64,000 bases of DNA, taken from Eledone cirrhosa (lineage: Eukaryota). The stretch spans positions 207,328,001-207,392,000 of the forward strand of contig OZ024743.1 of assembly GCA_964016885.1 (NCBI GenBank), given 5' to 3'. Below, in pieces: positions 1 to 15,000 of the stretch. The notes beneath the pieces were generated by a model that was not told the origin of the DNA, made no database searches, and saw only the letters and a list, made by a program, of their open reading frames with translations. The number at the start of each line of letters is the position of its first letter. The first letter of the stretch is position 1. A program made the position numbers and the translations under genes.

Positions 1-3000
1 TATTGTCCTACACTCTACCAGTGCTACTAATCTCCCACCTTGATCTATGTAAAGTATATTGTCCTACACTTTACCAGTACTACTGATCTACCACCCTGAT
101 CTATGTAAAGTATATTATCCTACACTCTACCAGTACTACTAATCTACCACCCTGATCTATGTAAAGTATATTGTCCTACACTCTACCAGTACTACTAATC
201 TACCACCCTGATCTATGTAAAGTATATTGTCCTACACTCTACCAGTACTACTGAACTACCACCCTGATCTATGTAAAGTATATTATTCTACACTCTACCA
301 ATACTACTAATCTCCCACCCTGATCTATGTAAAGTATATTATCCTACACTCTACCAGTACTACTAATCTACCACCCTGATCTATGTAAAGTATATTGTCC
401 TACACTCTACCAGTACTACTAATCTACCACCCTGATCTATGTAAAGTATATTGTCCTACACTCTACCAGTACTACTGAACTACCACCCTGATCTATGTAA
501 AGTATATTATTCTACACTCTACCAGTACTACTAATCTCCCACCCTGATCTATGTAAAGTATATTATCCTACACTCTACCAGTACTACTAATCTACCACCC
601 TGATCTATGTAAAGTATATTGTCCTACACTCTACCAGTACTACTAATCTCCCACCTTGATCTATGTAAAGAATATTGTCCTACACTCTACCAGTGGTAAT
701 AATCTCCCACCTTGATCTATGTAAAGTATATTGTCCTACACTCTACCAGTACAACTAATCTACCAGCCTGATCTATGTAAAGTATATTGTCCTACACTCT
801 ACCAGTGCTACTAATCTCCCACCTTGATCTATGTAAAGTATATTGTCCTACACTCTACCAGTGCTACTAATCTACCACCCTGATCTATGTAAAGTATATT
901 GTCCTACACTCTACCAGTGCTACTAATCTACCACCCTGATTTATGTACAGTATATTGTTCTACACTCTACCAATACTACTAATCTACCACCCTGATCTAT
1001 GTAAAGTATATTGTCCTACACTCTACCAGTACAACTAATCTACCAGCCTGATCTATGTAAAGTATATTGTCCTACACTCTACCAGTGCTACTAATCTCCC
1101 ACCTTGATCTATGTAAAGTATATTGTCCTACACTCTACCAGTGCTACTAATCTACCACCCTGATCTATGTAAAGTATATTGTCCTACACTCTACCAGTGC
1201 TACTAATCTACCACCCTGATTTATGTACAGTATATTGTTCTACACTCTACCAATACTACTAATCTACCACCCTGATCTATGTAAAGTATATTGTCCTACA
1301 CTCTACCAGTACTACTAATCTCCCACCCTGATCTATGTAAGGTATATTGTCCTACACTCTACCAATAATACTAATCTACCACCTTGATCTATGTAAAGTA
1401 TATTGTCCTACACTCTACCAGTACTACTAATCTACCACCTTGATCTATGTAAAGTATATTGTTCTACACTCTACCAGTACTACTAATCTACCACCTTGAT
1501 CTATGTAAAGTATATTGTCCTACACTCTACCAGTACTACTAATCTCCCACCCTGATCTATACAAAGTATATTGTCCTACACTCTACCAGTACTACTAATC
1601 TCCCACCCTGATCTATGTAAAGTATATTGTCCTACACTCTACCAGTGCTACTAATCTACCACCCTGATCTATGTAAAGTATATTGTCCTACACTCTACCA
1701 GTACTACCAATCTACCACCTTGATATATGTAAAGTATATTGTCCTACACTCTACCAGTACTACCAATCTGCCACCTTGATATATGTAAAGTATATTGTCC
1801 TACACTCTACCAGTACTACTAATCTCCCACCCTGATCTATGTAACGTACATTGTCCTACACTCTACCAGTACTACTAATCTCCCACCCTGATCTATGTAA
1901 AGTATATTGTCCTACACTCTACCAGTGCTACTAACCTACCACCTTGATCTATGTAAAGTATATTGTCCTACACTCTACCAGTACTACTAATCTACCACCC
2001 TGATCTATGTAAAGTATATTGTCCTAAACTCTACCAGTACTACTAATCTACCACCTTGATCTATGTAAATTATATTGTCCTACACTCTACCAGTGCTACT
2101 AATCTACCACCCTGATCTATGTAAAGTATATTGTCCTACACTCTACCAGTACTACTAATCTACCACCTTGATCTATGTAAAGTATATTGTCCTAAACTCT
2201 ACCAGTACTACTAATCTACCACCTTGATCTATGTAAATTATATTGTCCTACACTCTACCAGTGCTACTAATCTACCACCCTGATCTATGTAAAGTATATT
2301 GTCCTAAACTCTACCAGGACTACTAATCTACCACCCTGATCTATGTAAAGTATATTGTCCTACACTCTACCAGTACTACTAATCTACCACCCTGATCTAT
2401 GTAAAGTATATTGTCCTACACTCTACCAGTGCTACTAATCTACCACCCTGATCTATGTAAAGTATATTGTCCTACACTCTACCAGTGCTATTAATCTAAC
2501 ACCTTGATCTATGTAAAGTATATTGTCCTTCACTCTACCAGTACTACTAATCTACCACCTTGATCTATGTAAAGTTTATTGTCCTACACTCTACCAGTAC
2601 TACTGATCTACCACCCTGATCTATGTAAAGTATATTATCCTACAATCTACCAGTGCTACTAATCTCCCACCCTGATCTATGTAAAGTATATTATCCTTCA
2701 CTCTACCAGTACTACTAATCTACCACCTTAATCTATGTAAAGAATATTGTCCTACACTCTACCAGTGATACTATCTCCCACCTTGATATATGTAAAGTAT
2801 ATTGTCCTACACTTTGCCAGTACTACTGATCTACCACCCTGATCTATGTAAAGTATATTATCCTACACTCTACCAGTACTACTAATCTACCACCCTGATC
2901 TATGTAAAGTATATTGTCCTACACTCTACCAGTACTACTAATCTACCACCCTGATCTATGTAAAGTATATTGTCCTACACTCTACCAGTACTACTGATCT

Positions 3001-6000
3001 ACCACCCTGATCTATGTAAAGTATATTATTCTACACTCTACCAGTACTACTAATCTCCCACCCTGATCTATGTAAAGTATATTATCCTACACTCTACCAG
3101 TACTACTAATCTACCACCCTGATCTATGTAAAGTATATTGTCCTACACTCTACCAGTACTACTAATCTCCCACCTTGATCTATGTAAAGAATATTGTCCT
3201 ACACTCTACCAGTGCTAATAATCTCCCACCTTGATCTATGTAAAGTATATTGTCCTACACTCTACCAGTACAACTAATCTACCAGCCTGATCTATGTAAA
3301 GTATATTGTCCTACACTCTACCAGTGCTACTAATCTCCCACCTTGATCTATGTAAAGTATATTGTCCTACACTCTACCAGTGCTACTAATCTACCACCCT
3401 GATCTATGTAAAGTATATTGTCCTACACTCTACCAGTGCTACTAATCTACCACCCTGATTTATGTACAGTATATTGTTCTACACTCTACCAATACTACTA
3501 ATCTACCACCCTGATCTATGTAAAGTATATTGTCCTACACTCTACCAGTGCTACTAATCTACCACGTTGATCTATGTAAAGTATATTGTCCTACACTCTA
3601 CCAGTACTACTAATCTACCACCCTGATCTATGTAAATTATATTGTCCTACACTCTACCAGTGCTACTATTCTCCCACCCTGATCTATGTAAAGTATATTG
3701 TCCTTCACTCTACCAGTACTACTAATCTCCCACCTTGATCTATGTAAAGTATATTGTCCTACACTCTACCAGTGCTAATAATCTCCCACCTTGGTCTATG
3801 TAAAGTATATTGTCCTAGACTCTACCAGTACTACTAATCTACCATCCTCATCTATGTAAAGTATATTGTCCTACACTCTACCAGTGCTACTAATCTATCA
3901 CCTTGATCTATGTAAAGTATATTGTCCTACACTCTACCAGTGCTACTAATCTACCACCCTGATCTATGTAAAGTATATTGTCCTACACTCTACCAGTGCT
4001 ACTAATCTACCACCCTGATCTATGTAAAGTATATTGTCCTACACTCTACCAATACTACTAATCTACCACCCTGATCTATGTAAAGTATATTGTCCTACAC
4101 TCTACCAGTACTACTAATCTACCATCCTGATCTATGTAAAGTATATTGTCCTACACTCTACCAGTACCACTAATCTCCTACCTTGATCTATGTAAAGTAT
4201 ATTGTCCTACACTCTACCAGTACTACTAATCTACCACCCTGATCTATGTAAAGTATATTGTCCTACACTCTACCAGTACTACTGATCTACCACCCTGATC
4301 TATGTAAAGTATATTATTCTACACTCTACCAGTACTACTAATCTCCCACCCTGATCTATGTAAAGTATATTATCCTACACTCTACCAGTACTACTAATCT
4401 ACCACCCTGATCTATGTAAAGTATATTGTCCTACACTCTACCAATACTACTAATCTCCCACCTTGATCTATGTAAAGTATATTGTCCTACACTCTACCAG
4501 TGCTAATAATCTCCCACCTTGATCTATGTAAAGTATATTGTCCTACACTCTACCAGTACAACTAATCTACCAGCCTGATCTATGTAAAGTATATTGTCCT
4601 ACACTCTACCAGTGCTACTAATCTCCCACCTTGATCTATGTAAAGTATATTGTCCTACACTCTACCAGTGCTACTAATCTACCACCCTGATCTATGTAAA
4701 GTATATTGTCATACACTCTACCAGTGCTACTAATCTACCACCCTGATTTATGTAAAGTATATTGTCCTACACTCTACCAATACTACTAATCTACCACCCT
4801 GATCTATGTAAAGTATATTGTCCTACATTCTACCAGTGCTACTAATCTACCGCCTTGATCTATGTAAAGTATATTGTACTACTAATCTACCACGTTGATC
4901 TATGTAAAGTATATTGTCCTACACTCTACCAGTACTACTAATCTACCACCCTGATCTATCTAAAGTATATTGTCCTACACTCTACCAGTGCTACTAATCT
5001 CCCACCCTGATCTATGTAAAGTATATTGTCCTACACTCTACCAGTACTACTAATCTCCCACCTTGATCTATGTAAAGTATATTGTCCTACACTCTACCAG
5101 TGCTAATAATCTCCCACCTTGGTCTATGTAAAGTATATTGTCCTACACTCTACCAGTACTACTAATCTACCATCCTCATCTATGTAAAGTATATTGTCCT
5201 ACACTCTACCAGTGCTACTAATCTATCACCTTGATCTATGTAAAGTATATTGTCCTACACTCTACCAGTGCTACTAATCTACCACCCTGATCTATGTAAA
5301 GTATATTGTCCTACACTCTACCAATACTACTAATCTACCACCCTGATCTATGTAAAGTATATTGTCCTACACTGTACCAGTGCTACTAATCTCCCACCTT
5401 GATCTATGTAAAGTATATTGTCCTACACTCTACCAGTACTACTAATCTACCACCCTGATCTATGTAAAGTATATTGTCCTACACTCTACCAGTACTACTA
5501 ATCTACCAACTTGATCTATGTAAAGTATATTGTCCTACACTCTACCAGTGCTACTAATCTACCACCTTGATCTATGTAAAGTATATTGTCCTACACTCTA
5601 CCAGTACTACTAATCTACCACCTTGATCTATGTAAAGTATATTGTCCTACACTCTACCAGTACTACTAATCTTCCACCTTGATCTATGTAAAGTATATTG
5701 TCCTACACTCTACCAGTACTACTAATCTACCACCTTGATCTATGTAAAGTATATTGTCCTACACTCTACCAGTACTACTAATCTACCATCCTGATCTATG
5801 TAAAGTATATTGTCCTACACTCTACCAGTACTACTAATCTCCTACCTTGATCTATGTAAAGTATATTGTCCTACACTCTACCAGTACTACTAATCTACCA
5901 CCCTGATCTATGTAAAGTATATTGTCCTACACTCTACCAGCACTACTAATCTCCCACCCTGATCTATGTAAATGATATTGTCCTACACTCTACCAGTACT

Positions 6001-9000
6001 ACTAATCTACCACCCTGATCTATGTAAAGTATATTGTCCTACACTCTACCAGTACTACTAATCTCCCACCCTGATCTATGTAAAGTATATTATCCTACAC
6101 TCTACCAGTACTACTAATCTCCCACCCTGATCTATGTAAAGTATATTGTCCTACACTCTACCAGTGATACTATCTCCCACCTTGATCTATGTAAAGTATA
6201 TTGTCCTACACTCTACCAGTACTACTAAACTACCACCCTGATCTATGTAAAGTATATTGTCCTACACTCTATCAGTGCTACTAATCTCCCACCTTGATCT
6301 ATGTAAAGTATATTGTCCTACACTCTACCAGTGCTACTAATCTACCACCCTGATCTATGTAAAGTATATTGTCCTACACTCTACCAGTGCTACTAATCTA
6401 CCACCCTGATTTATGTAAAGTATATTGTCCTACACTCTACCAATACTACTAATCTACCACCCTGATCTATGTAAAGTATATTGTCCTACACTCTACCAGT
6501 GCTACTAATCTACCACCTTGATCTATGTAAAGTATATTGTACTACTAATCTACCACCTTGATCTATGTAAAGTATATTGTCCTACACTCTACCAGTACTA
6601 CTAATCTACCATCCTGATCTATGTAAAGTATATTGTCCTACACTCTACCAGTACTACTAATCTCCTACCTTGATCTATGTAAAGTATATTGTCCTACACT
6701 CTACCAGTACTACTAATCTACCACCCTGATCTATGTAAAGTATATTGTCCTACACTCTACCAGCACTACTAATCTCCCACCCTGATCTATGTAAATGATA
6801 TTGTCCTACACTCTACCAGTACTACTAATCTACCACCCTGATCTATGTAAAGTATATTGTCCTACACTCTACCAGTACTACTAATCTCCCACCCTGATCT
6901 ATGTAAAGTATATTATCCTACACTCTACCAGTACTACTAATCTCCCACCCTGATCTATGTAAAGTATATTGTCCTACACTCTACCAGTGATACTATCTCC
7001 CACCTTGATCTATGTAAAGTATATTGTCCTACACTCTACCAGTACTACTAAACTACCACCCTGATCTATGTAAAGTATATTGTCCTACACTCTATCAGTG
7101 CTACTAATCTCCCACCTTGATCTATGTAAAGTATATTGTCCTACACTCTACCAGTGCTACTAATCTACCACCCTGATCTATGTAAAGTATATTGTCCTAC
7201 ACTCTACCAGTGCTACTAATCTACCACCCTGATTTATGTAAAGTATATTGTCCTACACTCTACCAATACTACTAATCTACCACCCTGATCTATGTAAAGT
7301 ATATTGTCCTACACTCTACCAGTGCTACTAATCTACCACCTTGATCTATGTAAAGTATATTGTACTACTAATCTACCACGTTGATCTATGTAAAGTATAT
7401 TGTCCTACACTCTACCAGTACTACTAATCTACCACCCTGATCTATCTAAAGTGTATTGTCCTACACTCTACCAGTGCTACTAATCTCCCACCCTGATCTA
7501 TGTAAAGTATATTGTCCTACACTCTACCAGTACTACTAATCTCCCACCTTGATCTATGTAAAGTATATTGTCCTACACTCTACCAGTGCTAATAATCTCC
7601 CACCTTGGTCTATGTAAAGTATATTGTCCTACACTCTACCAGTACTACTAATCTACCACCCTGATCTATGTAAAGTATATTGTCCTACACTCTACCAGTA
7701 CTACTAATCTACCAACTTGATCTATGTAAAGTATATTGTCCTACACTCTACCAGTGCTACTAATCTACCACCTTGATCTATGTAAAGTATATTGTCCTAC
7801 ACTCTACCAGTACTACTAATCTCCCACCCTGATCTATGTAAAGTATATTGTCCTACACTCTACCAGTACTACTGATCTCCCACCTTGATCTATGTAAAGT
7901 TTATTGTCCTACACTCTCCCAGTACTACTGATCTACCACCCAGATCGATGTAAAGTATATTATCCTACACTCTACCAGTACTACTGATCTACCACCCTGA
8001 TCTATGTAAAGTATATTATTCTACACTCTACCAGTACTACTAATCTCCCACCTTGATCTATGTAAAGTTTATTGTCCTACACTCTACCAGTGCTACTAAT
8101 CTACCACCCTGATCTATGTAAAGTATATTGTCCTACACTCTACCAGTACTACTAATCTACCATCCTGATCTATGTAAAGTATATTGTCCTACACTCTACC
8201 AGTACTACTAATCTCCTACCTTGATCTATGTAAAGTATATTGTCCTACACTCTACCAGTACTACTAATCTACCACCCTGATCTATGTAAAGTATATTGTC
8301 CTACACTCTACCAGTACTACTAATCTCCCACCCTGATCTATGTAAAGTATATTGTCCTACACTCTACCAGTACTACTAATCTACCACCCTGATCTATGTA
8401 AAGTATATTGTCCTAAACTCTACCAGTGCTACTAATCTACCACCCTGATCTATATAAAGTATATTGTCCCAGACTCTACCAGTACTACTAATCTCCCACC
8501 CTGATCTATGTAAAGTATATTGTCCTACACTCTACCAGTACTACTAATCTCCCACCCCGATGTATGTAAAGTATATTGTCCTACACTCTACCAGTGCTAC
8601 TAATCTACCACCCTGATCTATACAAAGTATATTGTCCTACACTCTACCAGTACTACTAATCTCCCACCCCGATCTATGTAAATTATATTGTCCTACACTC
8701 TACCAGCACTACTAATCTACCACCCTGATCTATGTAAAGTATATTGTCCTAAACTCTACCAGTGCAACTAATCTACCACCTTGATCTATGTAAAGTATAT
8801 TGTCCTACACTCTACCAGTACTACTAATCTCCCACCCTGATCTATACAAAGTATATTGTCCTACACTCTACCAGTACTACTAATCTACCACCCTGATCTA
8901 TGTAAAGTATATTGTCCTACACTCTACCAGTACTACCAATCTACCACCTTGATATATGTAAAGTATATTGTCCTACACTCTACCAGTACTACTAATCTCC

Positions 9001-12000
9001 CACCCTGATCTATACAAAGTATATTGTCCTACACTCTACCAATACTACTAATCTACCACCCTGATCTATGTAAAGTATATTGTCCTACACTCTACCAGTG
9101 CTACTAATCTACCACCCTGATCTATGTAAAGTATATTGTCCTACACTCTACCAGTACTACTAATCTACCACCCTGATCTATGTAAAGTATATTGTCCTAA
9201 ACTCTACCAGTACTACTAATCTACCACCTTGATCTATTTAAATTATATTGTCCTACACTCTACCAGTGCTACTAATCTACCACCCTGATCTATGTAAAGT
9301 ATATTGTCCTACACTCTACCAGTACTACTAATCTACCACCCTGATCTATGTAAAGTATATTGTCCTACACTCTACCAGTCCTACTAATCTAGCAGCCTGA
9401 TCTATGTAAAGTATATTGTCCTAAACTCTACCAGGACTACTAATCTACCACCCTGATCTATGTAAAGTATATTGTCCTACACTCTACCAGTACTACTAAT
9501 CTACCACCCTGATCTATGTAAAGTATATTGTCCTACACTCTACCAGTACTACTAAACTACCACCCTGATCTATGTAAATTATATTGTCCTACACTCTACC
9601 AGTGCTACTAATCTCCCACCTTGATCTATGTAAAGTATATTGTCCTACACTCTACCAGTGCTACTAATCTACCACCCTGATTTATGTAAAGTATATTGTC
9701 CTACACTCTACCAATACTACTAATCTACCACCCTGATCTATGTAAAGTATATTGTCCTACACTCTACCAGTGCTACTAATCTACCACCCTGATCTATGTA
9801 AAGTATATTGTCCTACACTCTACCAGTGCTACTAATCTACCACCCTGATTTATGTACAGTATATTGTTCTACACTCTACCAATACTACTAATCTACCACC
9901 CTGATCTATGTAAAGTATATTGTCCTACACTCTACCAGTGCTACTAATCTACCACGTTGATCTATGTAAAGTATATTGTCCTACACTCTACCAGTACTAC
10001 TAATCTACCACCCTGATCTATGTAAATTATATTGTCCTACACTCTACCAGTGCTACTATTCTCCCACCCTGATCTATGTAAAGTATATTGTCCTTCACTC
10101 TACCAGTACTACTAATCTCCCACCTTGATCTATGTAAAGTATATTGTCCTACACTCTACCAGTGCTAATAATCTCCCACCTTGGTCTATGTAAAGTATAT
10201 TGTCCTAGACTCTACCAGTACTACTAATCTACCATCCTCATCTATGTAAAGTATATTGTCCTACACTCTACCAGTGCTACTAATCTATCACCTTGATCTA
10301 TGTAAAGTATATTGTCCTACACTCTACCAGTGCTACTAATCTACCACCCTGATCTATGTAAAGTATATTGTCCTACACTCTACCAGTGCTACTAATCTAC
10401 CACCCTGATCTATGTAAAGTATATTGTCCTACACTCTACCAATACTACTAATCTACCACCCTGATCTATGTAAAGTATATTGTCCTACACTCTACCAGTA
10501 CTACTAATCTACCATCCTGATCTATGTAAAGTATATTGTCCTACACTCTACCAGTACCACTAATCTCCTACCTTGATCTATGTAAAGTATATTGTCCTAC
10601 ACTCTACCAGTACTACTAATCTACCACCCTGATCTATGTAAAGTATATTGTCCTACACTCTACCAGTACTACTGATCTACCACCCTGATCTATGTAAAGT
10701 ATATTATTCTACACTCTACCAGTACTACTAATCTCCCACCCTGATCTATGTAAAGTATATTATCCTACACTCTACCAGTACTACTAATCTACCACCCTGA
10801 TCTATGTAAAGTATATTGTCCTACACTCTACCAATACTACTAATCTCCCACCTTGATCTATGTAAAGTATATTGTCCTACACTCTACCAGTGCTAATAAT
10901 CTCCCACCTTGATCTATGTAAAGTATATTGTCCTACACTCTACCAGTACAACTAATCTACCAGCCTGATCTATGTAAAGTATATTGTCCTACACTCTACC
11001 AGTGCTACTAATCTCCCACCTTGATCTATGTAAAGTATATTGTCCTACACTCTACCAGTGCTACTAATCTACCACCCTGATCTATGTAAAGTATATTGTC
11101 ATACACTCTACCAGTGCTACTAATCTACCACCCTGATTTATGTAAAGTATATTGTCCTACACTCTACCAATACTACTAATCTACCACCCTGATCTATGTA
11201 AAGTATATTGTCCTACATTCTACCAGTGCTACTAATCTACCGCCTTGATCTATGTAAAGTATATTGTACTACTAATCTACCACGTTGATCTATGTAAAGT
11301 ATATTGTCCTACACTCTACCAGTACTACTAATCTACCACCCTGATCTATCTAAAGTATATTGTCCTACACTCTACCAGTGCTACTAATCTCCCACCCTGA
11401 TCTATGTAAAGTATATTGTCCTACACTCTACCAGTACTACTAATCTCCCACCTTGATCTATGTAACGTATATTGTCCTACACTCTACCAGTGCTAATAAT
11501 CTCCCACCTTGGTCTATGTAAAGTATATTGTCCTACACTCTACCAGTACTACTAATCTACCATCCTCATCTATGTAAAGTATATTGTCCTACACTCTACC
11601 AGTGCTACTAATCTATCACCTTGATCTATGTAAAGTATATTGTCCTACACTCTACCAGTGCTACTAATCTACCACCCTGATCTATGTAAAGTATATTGTC
11701 CTACACTCTACCAATACTACTAATCTACCACCCTGATCTATGTAAAGTATATTGTCCTACACTGTACCAGTGCTACTAATCTCCCACCTTGATCTATGTA
11801 AAGTATATTGTCCTACACTCTACCAGTACTACTAATCTACCACCCTGATCTATGTAAAGTATATTGTCCTACACTCTACCAGTACTACTAATCTACCAAC
11901 TTGATCTATGTAAAGTATATTGTCCTACACTCTACCAGTGCTACTAATCTACCACCTTGATCTATGTAAAGTATATTGTCCTACACTCTACCAGTACTAC

Positions 12001-15000
12001 TAATCTACCACCTTGATCTATGTAAAGTATATTGTCCTACACTCTACCAGTACTACTAATCTTCCACCTTGATCTATGTAAAGTATATTGTCCTACACTC
12101 TACCAGTACTACTAATCTACCACCTTGATCTATGTAAAGTATATTGTCCTACACTCTACCAGTACTACTAATCTACCATCCTGATCTATGTAAAGTATAT
12201 TGTCCTACACTCTACCAGTACTACTAATCTCCTACCTTGATCTATGTAAAGTATATTGTCCTACACTCTACCAGTACTACTAATCTACCACCCTGATCTA
12301 TGTAAAGTATATTGTCCTACACTCTACCAGCACTACTAATCTCCCACCCTGATCTATGTAAATGATATTGTCCTACACTCTACCAGTACTACTAATCTAC
12401 CACCCTGATCTATGTAAAGTATATTGTCCTACACTCTACCAGTACTACTAATCTCCCACCCTGATCTATGTAAAGTATATTATCCTACACTCTACCAGTA
12501 CTACTAATCTCCCACCCTGATCTATGTAAAGTATATTGTCCTACACTCTACCAGTGATACTATCTCCCACCTTGATCTATGTAAAGTATATTGTCCTACA
12601 CTCTACCAGTACTACTAAACTACCACCCTGATCTATGTAAAGTATATTGTCCTACACTCTATCAGTGCTACTAATCTCCCACCTTGATCTATGTAAAGTA
12701 TATTGTCCTACACTCTACCAGTGCTACTAATCTACCACCCTGATCTATGTAAAGTATATTGTCCTACACTCTACCAGTGCTACTAATCTACCACCCTGAT
12801 TTATGTAAAGTATATTGTCCTACACTCTACCAATACTACTAATCTACCACCCTGATCTATGTAAAGTATATTGTCCTACACTCTACCAGTGCTACTAATC
12901 TACCACCTTGATCTATGTAAAGTATATTGTACTACTAATCTACCACCTTGATCTATGTAAAGTATATTGTCCTACACTCTACCAGTACTACTAATCTACC
13001 ATCCTGATCTATGTAAAGTATATTGTCCTACACTCTACCAGTACTACTAATCTCCTACCTTGATCTATGTAAAGTATATTGTCCTACACTCTACCAGTAC
13101 TACTAATCTACCACCCTGATCTATGTAAAGTATATTGTCCTACACTCTACCAGCACTACTAATCTCCCACCCTGATCTATGTAAATGATATTGTCCTACA
13201 CTCTACCAGTACTACTAATCTACCACCCTGATCTATGTAAAGTATATTGTCCTACACTCTACCAGTACTACTAATCTCCCACCCTGATCTATGTAAAGTA
13301 TATTATCCTACACTCTACCAGTACTACTAATCTCCCACCCTGATCTATGTAAAGTATATTGTCCTACACTCTACCAGTGATACTATCTCCCACCTTGATC
13401 TATGTAAAGTATATTGTCCTACACTCTACCAGTACTACTAAACTACCACCCTGATCTATGTAAAGTATATTGTCCTACACTCTATCAGTGCTACTAATCT
13501 CCCACCTTGATCTATGTAAAGTATATTGTCCTACACTCTACCAGTGCTACTAATCTACCACCCTGATCTATGTAAAGTATATTGTCCTACACTCTACCAG
13601 TGCTACTAATCTACCACCCTGATTTATGTAAAGTATATTGTCCTACACTCTACCAATACTACTAATCTACCACCCTGATCTATGTAAAGTATATTGTCCT
13701 ACACTCTACCAGTGCTACTAATCTACCACCTTGATCTATGTAAAGTATATTGTACTACTAATCTACCACGTTGATCTATGTAAAGTATATTGTCCTACAC
13801 TCTACCAGTACTACTAATCTACCACCCTGATCTATCTAAAGTGTATTGTCCTACACTCTACCAGTGCTACTAATCTCCCACCCTGATCTATGTAAAGTAT
13901 ATTGTCCTACACTCTACCAGTACTACTAATCTCCCACCTTGATCTATGTAAAGTATATTGTCCTACACTCTACCAGTGCTAATAATCTCCCACCTTGGTC
14001 TATGTAAAGTATATTGTCCTACACTCTACCAGTACTACTAATCTACCACCCTGATCTATGTAAAGTATATTGTCCTACACTCTACCAGTACTACTAATCT
14101 ACCAACTTGATCTATGTAAAGTATATTGTCCTACACTCTACCAGTGCTACTAATCTACCACCTTGATCTATGTAAAGTATATTGTCCTACACTCTACCAG
14201 TACTACTAATCTCCCACCCTGATCTATGTAAAGTATATTGTCCTACACTCTACCAGTACTACTGATCTCCCACCTTGATCTATGTAAAGTTTATTGTCCT
14301 ACACTCTCCCAGTACTACTGATCTACCACCCAGATCGATGTAAAGTATATTATCCTACACTCTACCAGTACTACTGATCTACCACCCTGATCTATGTAAA
14401 GTATATTATTCTACACTCTACCAGTACTACTAATCTCCCACCTTGATCTATGTAAAGTTTATTGTCCTACACTCTACCAGTGCTACTAATCTACCACCCT
14501 GATCTATGTAAAGTATATTGTCCTACACTCTACCAGTACTACTAATCTACCATCCTGATCTATGTAAAGTATATTGTCCTACACTCTACCAGTACTACTA
14601 ATCTCCTACCTTGATCTATGTAAAGTATATTGTCCTACACTCTACCAGTACTACTAATCTACCACCCTGATCTATGTAAAGTATATTGTCCTACACTCTA
14701 CCAGTACTACTAATCTCCCACCCTGATCTATGTAAAGTATATTGTCCTACACTCTACCAGTACTACTAATCTACCACCCTGATCTATGTAAAGTATATTG
14801 TCCTAAACTCTACCAGTGCTACTAATCTACCACCCTGATCTATATAAAGTATATTGTCCCAGACTCTACCAGTACTACTAATCTCCCACCCTGATCTATG
14901 TAAAGTATATTGTCCTACACTCTACCAGTACTACTAATCTCCCACCCCGATGTATGTAAAGTATATTGTCCTACACTCTACCAGTGCTACTAATCTACCA